NCBI GenBank assembly: GCA_002269645.1
Contig: NIVC01000044.1
Location: 62,001 to 126,000 of the forward strand
DNA length: 64,000 bases
Source: Macrostomum lignano
Taxonomy: Eukaryota
Direction of reading: 5' to 3'
The position numbers and the translations under genes are program-made. Shown piece by piece: positions 47,901 to 61,292 of the stretch. Under the pieces are notes generated by a model. The model was given only the letters and a program-made list of their open reading frames with translations. It was not told the DNA's origin and did no database searches. Position 1 is the first letter of the stretch, and each line of letters opens with the position of its first letter.

Positions 47901-50900
47901 TTCAATATTGTCTCTGGTAGTTTAGGATTGTCTCTGGTAGTTTAGGACTGTCTATGGTAGTTCAAGATTGTCTCTGGTAGTTCAGGATTGTCTTTGATAG
48001 TTCAGGATTGCCTCTGGTAGTTCAAGATTGTTTCCGATAGTTCAGGGTTGTTCCTAGTAGTTTAGGATTGTCTCTGATAGTTCAGGATTGCCTCTGGTAG
48101 TTCAGGATTGTCTCTGATAGTTCAGGATTGTCTCTGGTAGTTTAGAATTGCCTCTGGTAGTTCAAGATTGTCTCTGGTAGTTTAGGATTGTCTCTGGTAG
48201 TTCAAGATTGTCTCTGGTAGTTCAGGATTGTCTCTGGTATTTCAGGATTGTCTCTGGTAGTTCAGGATTGTCTCTGGTAGTTCAGGATTGTCTCTGATAG
48301 TTCAGGATTGTCTCTGGTAGTTCAGGATTACCTGAAATTTGGCTCTTAATCGCTCACCTACAGCCTCTAACAAATTAGTTTAACCCTTGCAGATGGGCCG
48401 CGTTGACGAAGCCACCGCCCTCATGAACCGAGTGGCTGCTGGAAACGGCATACAAGAAGTTCCGGTATGACTATTATTTATTATAATGCTTTCCTCATTC
48501 CCTAATCGTGTCTCTACATAACATAATCCCATATTGGAAACCCCAGAAGCACTCATTCTTGCAGAGACATTGCATGGATAGAAACCGAAGCTCAAGATCC
48601 CATATTTGCTTTTCCATATTCCCACTCTAACATTCCCAATCCCACACTGGAAAATCCCACACTGGAAAATCCCACACTGGAATATCCCACACTAGAAAAT
48701 CTCACAAACTGGAAAATCCCACACTGGGAAATCCCACACTGGGAAATCCCACACTGGAATATCCCACACTGGAAAATCCCACACTGAAAAATCCCACATT
48801 GGAAAATCCCACACTGAAAAACCCCACACTGGAAAATCCCACACTGGGAAATCCCACACTGGAAAATCCCACACTGAAAAATCCCACACTGGAAAATCCC
48901 ACACTGGAAAACCCCACACTGGAAAATCCCACACTGGGAAATCCCGCACTGGAAAATCCCACACTGAAAAATCCCACACTGGAAAATCCCACACTGGAAA
49001 ACCCCACACTGGAAAATCCCGTGACTGGGAAATCCCACACTGGGAAATCCCACACTGGGAAATCCCACACTGGAATATCCCATACTGGAAAATCCCACAC
49101 TGAAAAATCCCACACTGGAAAACCCCACACTGGAAAATCCCACACTCGATAATCCCACACTAGCTGGGAAATCCCACACTGGGAATTCCCACACTGGAAA
49201 ATCCCACACTGGAAACCCCTAGTAGAAATCCCACTCCGGAAATCCCTTACTAGACATCCCATTACAGAAAGCCCACACTGAACACCCCGCAGGCCTTCAG
49301 CCGGGTGTTCATGCGCAGTTCGGTGTCGCGCCCGCCGCGCAGTCGCATGGGGCGCTGCGCCCAGATGCTGCGCAGCCTGCTGGACCTGTTCTCCCGCCGT
49401 CACCGCCGCCCAGTGCTGCTGCTCATTGGAGTTCAATTCAGCCTTGCATTTGGTTACTATGGCCTGCTGCTGTGGTTTCCCGAACTGTTCAAACGAGTGG
49501 AAGCCTACGGCGGCTCTGCTTGCAGTCTGGGCTCCGGGGTTAACGGCAGTTCGACTTTTAACGACAGCGATAGCAACGCCTGCGATCCCCAAGTGCTGTC
49601 AGCCAGCCGGCCCTACATGGAGAGCTTCTTGGTGAATGCCAGCAACCTGCCTGGAAATCTGCTGTCTGTGAGTGCCTTCTAGCGAAATACATTGTTATTG
49701 TCCTAGTTTTTGGTTTGAGCCTAATCTTATGGCATGTTTTGTGCCTTGTCAATTCCCACACCTTGTCAATTCTCACACCTTGTCAATTCCCACACCTTGT
49801 CACTTCCCACACCTTGTCAATTCTCACACCTTGTCAATTCCCACACCTTGTCACTTCCCACACCTTGTCAATTCCCACACCTTGTCGATTCCCACATCTT
49901 GTCAAATTCCCACACCTTGTCAATTCCCACACCCCTTGTTAATTCCCACACCTTGTCACTTCCCACACCTTGTCAATTCCCACACCTTGTCACTTCCCAC
50001 ACCTTGTCAATTCTCACACCTTGTCAATTCCCACACCTTGTCACTTCCCACACCTTGTCAATTCCCACACCTTGTCGATTCCCACATCTTGTCAAATTCC
50101 CACACCTTGTCAATTCCCACACCCCTTGTTAATTCCCACACCTTGTCACTTCCCACACCTTGTCAATTCCCACACCTTGTCACTTCCCACACCTTGTCAA
50201 TTCCCACACCCCTTGTTAATTCCCACACCTTGTCACTTCCCACACCTTGTCACTTCCCACACCTTGTCACTTCCCACACCTTGTCAATTCCCACACCTTG
50301 TCACTTCCCACACCTTGTCAATTCCCACACCTTGTCGATTCCCACATCTTGTCAAATTCCCACACCTTGTCAATTCCCACACCCCTTGTTAATTCCCACA
50401 CCTTGTCAAATTCCCACACCTTGTCAATTCCCACACCTTGTCAATTCCCACACCTTGTCAATTCCCACACCTTGTCAATTCTCACACCTTGTCAATTCCC
50501 ACACCTTGTCACTTCCCACACCTTGTCAATTCCCACACCTTGTCACTTCCCACACCTTGTCAATTCCCACACCTTGTCAATTCTCACACCTTGTCAATTC
50601 CCACACCTTGTCACTTCCCACACCTTGTCAATTCTCACACCTTGTCAATTCCCACACCTTGTCACTTCCCACACCTTGTCAATTCCCACACCTTGTCGAT
50701 TCCCACATCTTGTCAAATTCCCACACCTTGTCAATTCCCACACCCCTTGTTAATTCCCACACCTTGTCACTTCCCACACCTTGTCAATTCCCACACCTTG
50801 TCACTTCCCACACCTTGTCAATTCCCACACCCCTTGTTAATTCCCACACCTTGTCACTTCCCACACCTTGTCACTTCCCACACCTTGTCACTTCCCACAC

Positions 50901-52008
50901 CTTGTCAATTCCCACACCTTGTCACTTCCCACACCTTGTCAATTCCCACACCTTGTCGATTCCCACATCTTGTCAAATTCCCACACCTTGTCAATTCCCA
51001 CACCCCTTGTTAATTCCCACACCTTGTCAAATTCCCACACCTTGTCAATTCCCACACCTTGTCAATTCCCACACCTTGTCAATTCCCACACCTTGTCAAT
51101 TCCCACACCTTGTCAATTCCCACACCTTGTCAATTCCCACACCTTGTCAATTCCCACACCTTGTCAATTCCCACGCCTTGTCAATTCCCACACCTTGTCA
51201 ATTCCCACGCCTTGTCAATTCCCACACCTTGTCAATTCCCACACCTTGTCAATTCCCACACCTTGTTAAATTCGCACACCTTGTCAATTCCCACACCTTG
51301 TCAATTCCCACACCTTGTTAAATTCGCACACCTTGTCAATTCCCACACCTTGTCAATTCCCACACCTTGTCAATTCCCACACCTTGTTAAATTCGCACAC
51401 CTTGTCAATTCCCACACCTTGTCAATTCCACACCTTGTCAATTCCCACACCTTGTCAATTCCCACACCTTGTCAATTCCCACACCTTGTCAATTCCCACA
51501 GCTTTTGTATTAAGTGCTATTATAACTATATTCCAATACCAAGTACATTTTTCCCGTAATTCTCTCATTATGCTACTTGCAGTAGCTAAAAAAGCCTTGA
51601 GATGTATTGTTATTTCCCATTTAGATTGTACTGATGGACCGGCTGGGCAGGCGGACCATCCTGTCAGCCAGCATGCTGCTCACTGCGGTCAGCGTATTCC
51701 TAGTAGCCACAGTCCGGGTTCAGTGGCAGGCCCTGGCTCTGTCCTGCGCCTTTGCCGGCCTGTCAGCCAGCGGTTGGAATGCTCTGGGAGTTGTCTCAAC
51801 TGAGCTGCTGCCAACTGGACTACGATCTACCGCGCTAGGCGTTTCCGGCGCTCTATCTCGCGTGGCTTCGTTGCTTAGCAACCTGATGTTTGGCGCTCTA
51901 ATTGACGCCGGCTGCGCCGGGCCTTTGATCTCAGCGGCCGGCCTGATGACTCTGGGCAGCTTGCTGGCCTGCCTGTTTCCCAACACTACGGGGGTGTCAG
52001 TTTTGTGA
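44999..52008 (+). CDS. SV2/SVOP-like major facilitator superfamily transporter, 5 exons, ~534 aa
   Basis: Exons 44999-45059 (tentative), 46567-47279, 48393-48464, 49293-49667, 51625-52008. MFS motifs GDAVGRR and MDRLGRR, plus PESPKY, WAC..DAVEI and FGYYGLLLWFP typical of SV2-like proteins. The first exon and its acceptor are less certain than the rest. Confidence 0.85.
45540..45995. repeat. 32-bp minisatellite (gggatttttaaaccgttgcttttgtaggattc), SV2-like intron 1
   Basis: Seen directly. Confidence 0.93.
46003..46573. repeat. 28-bp minisatellite (gggccagcctcccagagtgtcagttgct), SV2-like intron 1
   Basis: Seen directly; reverse complement of units at 37680-37890. Confidence 0.95.
47293..48330. 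repeat. 20-bp minisatellite (ctctggtagttcaggattgt), SV2-like intron 2
   Basis: Seen directly. Confidence 0.95.
48625..49215. repeat. 15-bp minisatellite (cccacactggaaaat), SV2-like intron 3
   Basis: Seen directly. Confidence 0.95.
49745..51500. repeat. 17-bp minisatellite (cccacaccttgtcaatt) with higher-order structure, SV2-like intron 4
   Basis: Seen directly. Confidence 0.95.
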
Positions 52009-52179
52009 TGAGAACATGCCTAAATTTACAGTCTGCAATATTTCAGCTACTGCAAGTAGAAAAAAAGGATTTTTATTTTTCGAAGTTTATTGATAAGTCA
52101 AAAATTTCGCAATACTAAAAAGCAATCTAAATAGCTTAATTTGAGGTTACATGTAAGCGTTATAGTTAGGATAGCTTAA

Positions 52180-53103
52180 TGGGTAGCCTAATCTGGGGAT
52201 CTGGGAGGGTGGTAGCTTAATCTGGGGATCTGGGAGGGTGGTAGCTTAATCTGGGGATCTGGGAGGGTGCTAGCCTAATCTGGGGATCTGGGAGGGTGGT
52301 AGCTTAATCTCGGGATCTGGGAGGGTGCTAGCCTAATCTGGGGATCTGGGAGGGTGGTAGCTTAATCTGGGATCTGGGAGGGTGCTAGCCTAATCTGGGG
52401 ATCTGGGAGGGTGGTAGCTTAATCTGGGGATCTGGGAGGGTGGTAGCTTAATCTGGGGATCTGGGAGGGTGCTAGCTTAATCTCGGGATCTGGGAGGGTG
52501 CTAGCCTAATCTGGGGATCTGGGAGGGTGGTAGCTTAATCTGGGGATCTGGGAGGGTGGTAGCTTAATCTGGGGATCTGGGAGGGTGCTAGCTTAATCTC
52601 GGGATCTGGGAGGGTGGTAGCTTAATCTGGGGATCTGGGAGGGTGCTAGCCTAATCTGGGGATCTGGGAGGGTGGTAGCTTAATCTGGGGATCTGGGAGG
52701 GTGGTAGCTTAATCTGGGGATCTGGGAGGGTGGTAGCTTAATCTCGGGATCTGGGAGGGTGGTAGCTTAATCTGGGGATCTGGGAGGGTGGTAGCTTAAT
52801 CTGGGGATCTGGGAGGGTGGTAGCTTAATCTGGGGATCTGGGAGGGTGGTAGCTTAATCTGGGGATCTGGGAGGGTGGTAGCTTAATCTGGGGATCTGGG
52901 AGGGTGGTAGCTTAATCTCGGGATCTGGGAGGGTGCTAGCTTAATCTGGGGATCTGGGAGGGTGCTAGCTTAATCTCGGGATCTGGGAGGGTGCTAGCTT
53001 AATCTGGGGATCTGGAAGGGTGGTAGCTTAATCTGGGGATCTGGAAGGGTGGTAGCTTAATCTGGGATCTGGAAGGGTGGTAGCTTAATCTGGGGATCTG
53101 GGA
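52180..53103. repeat. 29-bp minisatellite (ggatctgggagggtggtagcttaatctgg)
   Basis: Seen directly, about 170 bp after the SV2-like stop. Confidence 0.95.
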
Positions 53104-53559
53104 TTTAGCGAGTAATCACCATCTTTTCTGAATTATCACGCAGTAATTCAGATTCAGAATCACGCAACCTCTAAAATAACTATGATTTATCCTAGCCGAT
53201 AGTGTCAACCATACTACTAAAAACATTATTTTCGTCAGTAGCATTCACGCAAGTAGTTAATCTTACAAGCAGTTAAAGATAATAGCTGATTTGTCAATAT
53301 TCTCTATCAATAATAATCCACTCATTTTGCTTTCTGTCTTTCTATATTTTACGAATTTATTGTGCAAATGTTATTTTTCGATTGTATGAAAATACTAAAT
53401 CTATCTGCTGTTGCATGCTGAGATTTCTTGTGTACAGAAAGTCAAAAGAAAGTGGATGGAATTCAAATTTGACTTCATATCTGTATTAAAAACTTCTACC
53501 TCGAGGGCCATATAAATAATCCAGCTCTTGGCTGCGGGCCAGATGAGAGAGGAAAGGAG

Positions 53560-54410
53560 AAGAAATAGAGAAGAGGAATTAGAGAATGGGAGACATGAAG
53601 AAGCGAGGAGAGAGAGTATAAAATGGGAGAGTGGTGAGACGAGGGAAAAGAGAGAACAGAGAAGGGGAGAGAGGAGAAAAAGAGAGGATAGAGAATAGAG
53701 AAGGGGGTGAGAGACGAGTGAACAGAAGATAGAGAATGGGAAGAGTGGAGAAAAGAGTGAAGAAAAAATAGAGAAGGGAGATGAGAGACTAGAGAAGAGA
53801 GAACAGACTAGAGTAGATAAAAGACGAGAGAAAAGAGAATAGAGAAGGGGAGATGAGAGACGAGAGAATAGAGAATAGAGAAGGGGAGATGAGAGACGAG
53901 AGAAAAGAGAATAGAGAAGGGGAGATGAGAGACGAGAGAATAGAGAATAGAGAAGGGGAGATGAGAGACGAGAGAATAGAGAAGGGGAGATGAGAGCCGA
54001 GAGAATAGAGAAGGGGAGATGAGAGACGAGAGAATAGAGAAGGGGAGATGAGAGCCGAGAGAATAGAGAAGGGGAGATGAGAGACGAGAGAAAGAGAATA
54101 GAAGGGGAGATGAGAGCCGAGAGAATAGAGAAGGGGAGATGAGAGACGAGAGAAAGAGAATAGAAGGGGAGATGAGAGCCGAGAGAATAGAGAAGGGGAG
54201 ATGAGAGACGAGAGAAAGAGAATAGAGAAGGGGAGATGAGAGACGAGAGAATAGAGAAGGGGAGATGAGAGCCGAGAGAATAGAGAAGGGGAGATGAGAG
54301 ACGAGAGAAAGAGAATAGAAGGGGAGATGAGAGCCGAGAGAATAGAGAAGGGGAGATGAGAGCCGAGAGAATAGAGAAGGGGAGATGAGAGCCGAGAGAA
54401 TAGAGAAGGG
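53560..54410. repeat. GA-rich array (gagaatagagaagggggagatgagagacga-like)
   Basis: Seen directly. Confidence 0.92.
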
Positions 54411-55091
54411 TAAGAGCTGAGAAGAGACAGGCCTTGAGCGGGCCGGATTGCTATTGTAAAGTTTCAAAGAGCCTGAGGCCCGAGATAGAGAGGCTTCGCG
54501 GGCTTTGCCGACTCCTGTTATAAACAATTTTATAGCTAAGCATTTCGCCTGACCAGATTCCTATCTAGTGACCAAAACAATGCAGAAAAAGAGAAAGTCA
54601 ATAATAGTATCCAGGCTGAAGGAAGTCCTTGTAGGCCCCCTTATTTCATTCCAACGTGGTTGTAACAAAGAAAATATTGTAGATCATTAGCTATATTATA
54701 TACACAACTGCATCGCCTTGAACACTTGAACGTATTGAACGTATTCGTCATATTCGTCATATTCGTCAGTTTTACCAGCGCCTTAGTAACTATTTCTCCT
54801 ATCGCTATATGCGCTGAATGCAGAAATTCAACTTTGGCAGCCAACTAAAGTGGCTGCTAAGATTGTTTGCATGGCTACAATTGAGGTGGGCACTGATGCC
54901 TTATTATAATTTGGGTTACTGTCGTGACAGTGACAGTAGCCCACTTAAGGTTGTTCCTATATGACCCGCCATCCTCGGTCATAGTTTTGGTAGTCTGTGA
55001 GTGTCGTCGTCGCGCGTCACGCACTTATTTAGCCGGGATTCTGTCATCCATATGAGCGTATTGATATGCGTTCAGCTTCCTGGCCTGACTA

Positions 55092-56700
55092 CTCACTCCA
55101 CTCACCTCTGTCTTCTCTCTTCACTCACCTCTGTCTTCTCTCTTCACTCACCTCTGTCTTCTCTCTTCACTCACCTCTCTCTTCTCTCTTCACTCACCTC
55201 TGTCTTCTCTCTTCACTCACCTCTCTCTTCTCTCTTCACTCACCTCTGTCTTCTCTCTTCACTCACCTCTCTCTTCTCTCTTCACTCACCTCTTCTCTCT
55301 TCACTCACCTCTCTCTTCTCTCTTCACTCACCTCTGTCTTCTCTCTTCACTCACCTCTCTCTTCTCTCTTCACTCACCTCTGTCTTCTCTCTTCACTCAC
55401 CTCTCTCTTCTCTCTTCACTCACCTCTGTCTTCTCTCTTCACTCACCTCTGTCTTCTCTCTTCACTCACCTCTGTCTTCTCTCTTCACTCACCTCTGTCT
55501 TCTCTCTTCACTCACCTCTGTCTTCTCTCTTCACTCACCTCTTCTCTCTCCACTCACCTCTGTCTTCTCTCTTCACTCACCTCTGTCTTCTCTCTTCACT
55601 CACCTCTGTCTTCTCTCTTCACTCACCTCTCTCTTCTCTCTTCACTCACCTCTGTCTTCTCTCTTCACTCACCTCTCTCTTCTCTCTTCACTCACCTCTG
55701 TCTTCTCTCTTCACTCACCTCTCTCTTCTCTCTTCACTCACCTCTTCTCTCTTCACTCACCTCTCTCTTCTCTCTTCACTCACCTCTGTCTTCTCTCTTC
55801 ACTCACCTCTCTCTTCTCTCTTCACTCACCTCTGTCTTCTCTCTTCACTCACCTCTTCTCTCTTCACTCACCTCTCTCTTCTCTCTTCACTCACCTCTTC
55901 TCTCTTCACTCACCTCTCTCTTCTCTCTTCACTCACCTCTGTCTTCTCTCTTCACTCACCTCTCTCTTCTCTCTTCACTCACCTCTGTCTTCTATCTTCA
56001 CTCACCTCTGTCTTCTCTCTTCACTCACCTCTGTCTTCTCTCTTCACTCACCTCTGTCTTCTCTCTTCACTCACCTCTTCTCTCTTCACTAACCTCTCTC
56101 TTCTCTCTCTCCACTCACCTCTCTCTTCTCTCTTCACTCACCTCTTCTCTCTTCACTCACCTCTGTCTTCTCTCTTCACTCACCTCTGTCTTCTCTCTTC
56201 ACTCACCTCTGTCTTCTCTCTTCACTCACCTCTTCTCTCTTCACTAACCTCTCTCTTCTCTCTCTCCACTCACCTCTCTCTTCTCTCTTCACTCACCTCT
56301 TCTCTCTTCACTCACCTCTGTCTTCTCTCTTCACTAACCTCTCTCTTCTCTCTCTCCACTCACCTCTCTCTTCTCTCTTCACTCACCTCTCTCTTCTCTC
56401 TTCACTCACCTCTCTCTTCTCTCTCTCCACTCACCTCTCTCTTCTCTCTTCACTCACCTCTGTCTTCTCTCTTCACTCACCTCTCTCTTCTCTCTCTCCA
56501 CTCACCTTTCTCCTCTCTCTCTACACTCTTCTCTCTCTTCTCTCTCTCCACTTTCCTCTCTCCTCTCTCGTATCTCTCTCCCCCTCTCTCCTCTTACTCT
56601 CCCCTATCCTTTCTCTTCTCTCTCTCTTTGCTGTTCTATACCTCTCTCCCACTGTCTCCTCTCTTGTCCTTCATCTTTACTCTTTCTTTTCCCTCTCCCC
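55092..56700. repeat. CT-rich 23-bp minisatellite (ctcttcactcacctctgtcttct) decaying into a CT tract
   Basis: Seen directly. Confidence 0.93.
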
Positions 56701-57689
56701 TCTCTCTTCTTCCTTTGTGCAATCTCACCACAGCTTGCTTTGCCAAAGTTTCCTCATGAATTTTGAACTTTTCTCCCATCTAAATGCCTACGCAGTCAGC
56801 CTCTCGTGTTCAATATTTACTGTGTAGCCGAGACTCTACAGTGGTAAGTCAGAGGGGAAAAAGCCAGCTGCCCTGTCATTTTTATCCCACAGGAGGATCT
56901 TTCTCCTGCCCCCAATGAAAATCTCTATCTCTCAATCTTCATCTCCCCAAATCGCACGCCCGCCTGCTCGCGGCCCATTGATTTCGAATTCGAATAGTTG
57001 GCTTCTCAATGCAAAGCTCCAAAAATTGCGCAGCGGAGCAAGCGGTGCGTGACCTTCATTCGTTTCTTGACTTGACTCGAAGATAAATTTCTTTGAAGAA
57101 ATCGCCTCTAATATCCAAGCTTTTCAAGATTTTTTATTCAGATGGCCTTTGACTTCGTGCCTCTCTTGATTCATAGAAACTCGAGATTCGAGCAGCCATA
57201 TTTTCGATCCGATTATTATCATCTTGGTTTATAAGTTCTCATCGATACAAATTTAGTCTGTATGGAGATTCAATACGCCTCATCGGAGTAACCGGTATTT
57301 TGAATGCATTCAGACTCGAGCAATGCTTATTGTTGTTGTGTAATCATTGTAAACCCGCGTGGACACTAATGATGCTGGATTGTCTTGTCCGTCTCGATCA
57401 TGCTAGATCAATGGTTTAGTGGCCCATGAACTCATTCCTTCTCGGGTTACTCGGTCTACTAGCATAACCCTGGCGAGGCTCTTTGCGCATTCCCTCATTC
57501 ACTCATTTATGCATTGATGAAGCCACAAGTTCTGGCATGAAATCATGAACTCTGTCAGAAAGCAATGAACTCAGTCATGAACCCAAAAACTCAATCATGA
57601 AGTCATGAATTCAGTTACGAATGAACTCAGACATAAACTGTCATGAAATCAATCATAGATTCTGTTATGAACTCAGTATGATCACAAAC

Positions 57690-58720
57690 TCAATCATACT
57701 GTCATGAACTCAATCACTGTCATGAACTCAATCATACTGTCATGAACTCAATCATACTGTCATGAACTTAATCACTGTCATGAACTCAATCATACTGTCA
57801 TGAACTTAATCACTGTCATGAACTCAATCACTGTCATGAACTCAATCATACTGTCATGAACTCAATCATACTGTCATGAACTTAATCACTGTCATGAACT
57901 CAATCATACTGTCATGAACTTAATCACTGTCATGAACTCAATCATACTGTCATGAACTTAATCACTGTCATGAACTCAATCATACTGTCATGAACTCAAT
58001 CACTGTCATGAACTTAATCACTGTCATGAACTCAATCATACTGTCATGAACTCAATCACTGTCATGAACTCAATCATACTGTCATGAACTCAATCATACT
58101 GTCATGAACTTAATCACTGTCATGAACTCAATCACTGTCATGAACTCAATCATACTGTCATGAACTCAATCATACTGTCATGAACTCAATCATACTGTCA
58201 TGAACTCAATCATACTGTCATGAACTCAATCATACTGTCATGAACTTAATCACTGTCATGAACTCAATCATACTGTCATGAACTTAATCACTGTCATGAA
58301 CTCAATCATACTGTCATGAACTCAATCACTGTCATGAACTTAATCACTGTCATGAACTCAATCATACTGTCATGAACTCAATCACTGTCATGAACTTAAT
58401 CACTGTCATGAACTCAATCATACTGTCATGAACTCAATCATACTGTCATGAACTCAATCATACTGTCATGAACTCAATCACTGTCATGAACTCAATCATA
58501 CTGTCATGAACTCAATCACTGTCATGAACTCAATCATACTGTCATGAACTCAGTTATGGTCACTTACTCAGTCATGAATTCTGTCATGAACTCAATCATA
58601 CTGTCATGAACTCAATCACTGTCATGAACTCAATCATACTGTCATGAACTCAATCACTGTCATGAACTCAATCATACTGTCATGAACTCAGTTATGGTCA
58701 CTTACTCAGTCATGAATTCA
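57690..58720. repeat. 18/20-bp minisatellite (ctgtcatgaactcaatcata)
   Basis: Seen directly. Confidence 0.95.
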
Positions 58721-60548
58721 TGAATGCTTCAGTCAAGAACTCAAGAAATCAGTTCAGCCATGAACTTATTCACTCGCATGGAAGATATGCATAGGCTAAT
58801 TCTGCCCGATGTCGATAAAAAAGCTTACAGTAAAGCCGTCACTTAAACTCTAAATAGACTGGAAGCCATACCCCATCCCTGCCATATAGAGCCCTCGCCT
58901 CACTAATGACAGGGTTGCAGCTCCTAAGCCTACGGCGCCACGCCCCCCCCCCCCAGGTGCATGGAAGCAACCGAGTGTGTCGCAATCTGGTGGTAGAGCT
59001 TCGATCAGATCCCCCATTGAATATACCAGCTGTATCTCCTTGGCTCGGTGGGAGGAGATCGTAGTATTAGCTAAGGAAAGATCCTCAACCAACTCCCCCA
59101 AAAAGTCGTATAGAGCCATTTAAGTATAAGCGCGTATTCACAATAGGCTGAATAGCTAATATATAGATAAAAAAGTTGTCATGGCGTAACACGAGACCTT
59201 CAAGAGAGGGGGGATGCGAGTCACCGAGGCGTGGCCAGGAAGCGCTTCTCCAACCGGAAAAAAGCCCTGGAAAAAAAGCAGAGCTCCCAATACTCAGCCT
59301 GGTCGAGTGGGTCGCGCTAGCAAGCGTCAAGACACGCTGCACGCTTTCAAAATCAATTTTTGCTGATCATTTTGTAGTGGGACTTCCGTTTAAATCGGGA
59401 TTGAAGCAGCGATTTTTAGCATAAATAGCTTTTTTGTAAGGGCCATGTTTATGCAGGCAGTGTATTTTGTTTTTGATTAATTAATTATAGCAGGATACTC
59501 GAGGATTTTTTTAAACATTGGAACAGACAGGCTGCTATGAGAGCAATGTTTTGACTTGTACCAAAAAAGTTACACAGATATGTATAGAAATGCTAACTAA
59601 ACAAATGATGCACTTCTATGCGGGCTAATTAGCATGCACAATAACAAAATAACTATTGAATAAACAGAATAAAAATAAATAAAACTTGGGAATATTATAA
59701 AACTACACAAAGACTGACGGATCAACATAAAAAAATGAAATTGAAAGTACACAGACACACAAGAACTAAATTGTAACGCACTAAAACAAACACGCTGTAC
59801 AGAAAAATCAGGTTTAAGCCAGATAAACCATCTGGTCAAGGAGCAACCTTCTTTGTCCTTTTATGTTTCTTTAAATCGCAGATCATGAAATAAAATAAGG
59901 CAGTTGTTTCAGACTTTCAGTATAGAAAAATTATTAGAAAATCTTAGCACATGAAGACCTGCAGGTGGCTAATATAAACGCAATGCAAAAAATAAACTTG
60001 AAACTACAAAGTTTCAAAGTAAAAAGAAATTATACATAAACCCGAGTCCAGTCCAGTGCAAGCAAGTAAGAGACAGGAACAGATTAGCAAGTACACCGTG
60101 TCCTTATTCACACAAAATGGATAAGAACAAGTTTGTGCAATCTGAAATAATTTTAATATTGTTTACTCAAACCGAGATTTTGCCTATATGAATAAATACT
60201 AAAACATAACAGTACAGTATAAAAAATCAATACTATTAGCAGTAGTATTATAAGTAAAATTAACGACAAAAACGATCGATACCAACAATAAAAACTAACG
60301 AAATAACTAAATTTAACGAACGACGGGCTAAAAAACATAAAAAGTGGTTGAAATTTCTGTTTAGCTAGAAAGCTAGAAACCTGCAGGCAATGCTGGTGCT
60401 ACTTATACAAATTAAAAGCTTGAATACAATATTATTCCCGATCGGGCTAGCCAAGTCTCTGGATATAGGCAGATTTAACAAATTATTAAAAAATACCTAA
60501 AGTACGCTTGTCTGCTTTCTAAGAAATAATGTTCGGATTTCCAGGAAA

Positions 60549-61292
60549 CTATTTAGTATAAACACCGCGTCTGGCCTTCACTGATGACAGAGCAGGCGGG
60601 ACTCCGAGCAGCGAGGTGTCCTGTCCGCGGCTCAGCAGCTCCTCGTTCTGCAGGAACAAGTTGAACACCTCTGGGCTCAGCTTGGTTGCCGGGTCGTCAG
60701 GACTCGGAGGGATCACAGTCGGCGGCTGCTGTGCCACCAGATCGTCCAAGTAGGTCACCGCGTACAGAATGTAGCCGCCGTGAGCGCAGGGCACCACGAT
60801 GACGTCATCCTTGCTGAGCAGGGCCAGCACCTCTTCGATTGATGAGGCTCTGGGGAGGCTGGCCACGTCCTCCTTGCTGGCAAGAAGCTGCAGGTCCTTC
60901 AAGCCGGGCTGGCACCACCTGGCAGCCGCAGGCTTCTGGCCGTTGGGGGAGGCTGCACCACCAGCTGAGCTGCGAGATGAAGCTGATAAGGCGGACACGC
61001 ATGATGAGGATGAGGCGCCGGAGGAGTCTGAGGATGAGGATCCGGTCAGGGAGCAGGGCGATGATCGCTGCGTATCATCTGGTGAGGTCGCGGACTCGTG
61101 CCTCAGTTTTTGGTCATCGTTGAGCACAGTGAGAGCGCTGGAGATGGCGGGGAACAGACCGAGCAGATCCCGATCAGCTGATTCCCAAGTGCTCAGCTCA
61201 AAGATTCGCTCGTCAGCGTGTCTGCCAAGCCGCTTGATGAGATGCGACTCGGCTTTGCTGAACTGCTCGAATGGAGTCACTGCGGCTGGCAT
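60549..61292 (-). CDS. Intronless hypothetical protein, 247 aa from first ATG
   Basis: GC-rich, non-repetitive 744-bp open frame with coding-like codon use and a Ser-rich linker, set in AT-rich flanks. No family recognised. Confidence 0.6.
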   Translation of the reverse strand: MPAAVTPFEQFSKAESHLIKRLGRHADERIFELSTWESADRDLLGLFPAISSALTVLNDDQKLRHESATSPDDTQRSSPCSLTGSSSSDSSGASSSSCVSALSASSRSSAGGAASPNGQKPAAARWCQPGLKDLQLLASKEDVASLPRASSIEEVLALLSKDDVIVVPCAHGGYILYAVTYLDDLVAQQPPTVIPPSPDDPATKLSPEVFNLFLQNEELLSRGQDTSLLGVPPALSSVKARRGVYTK

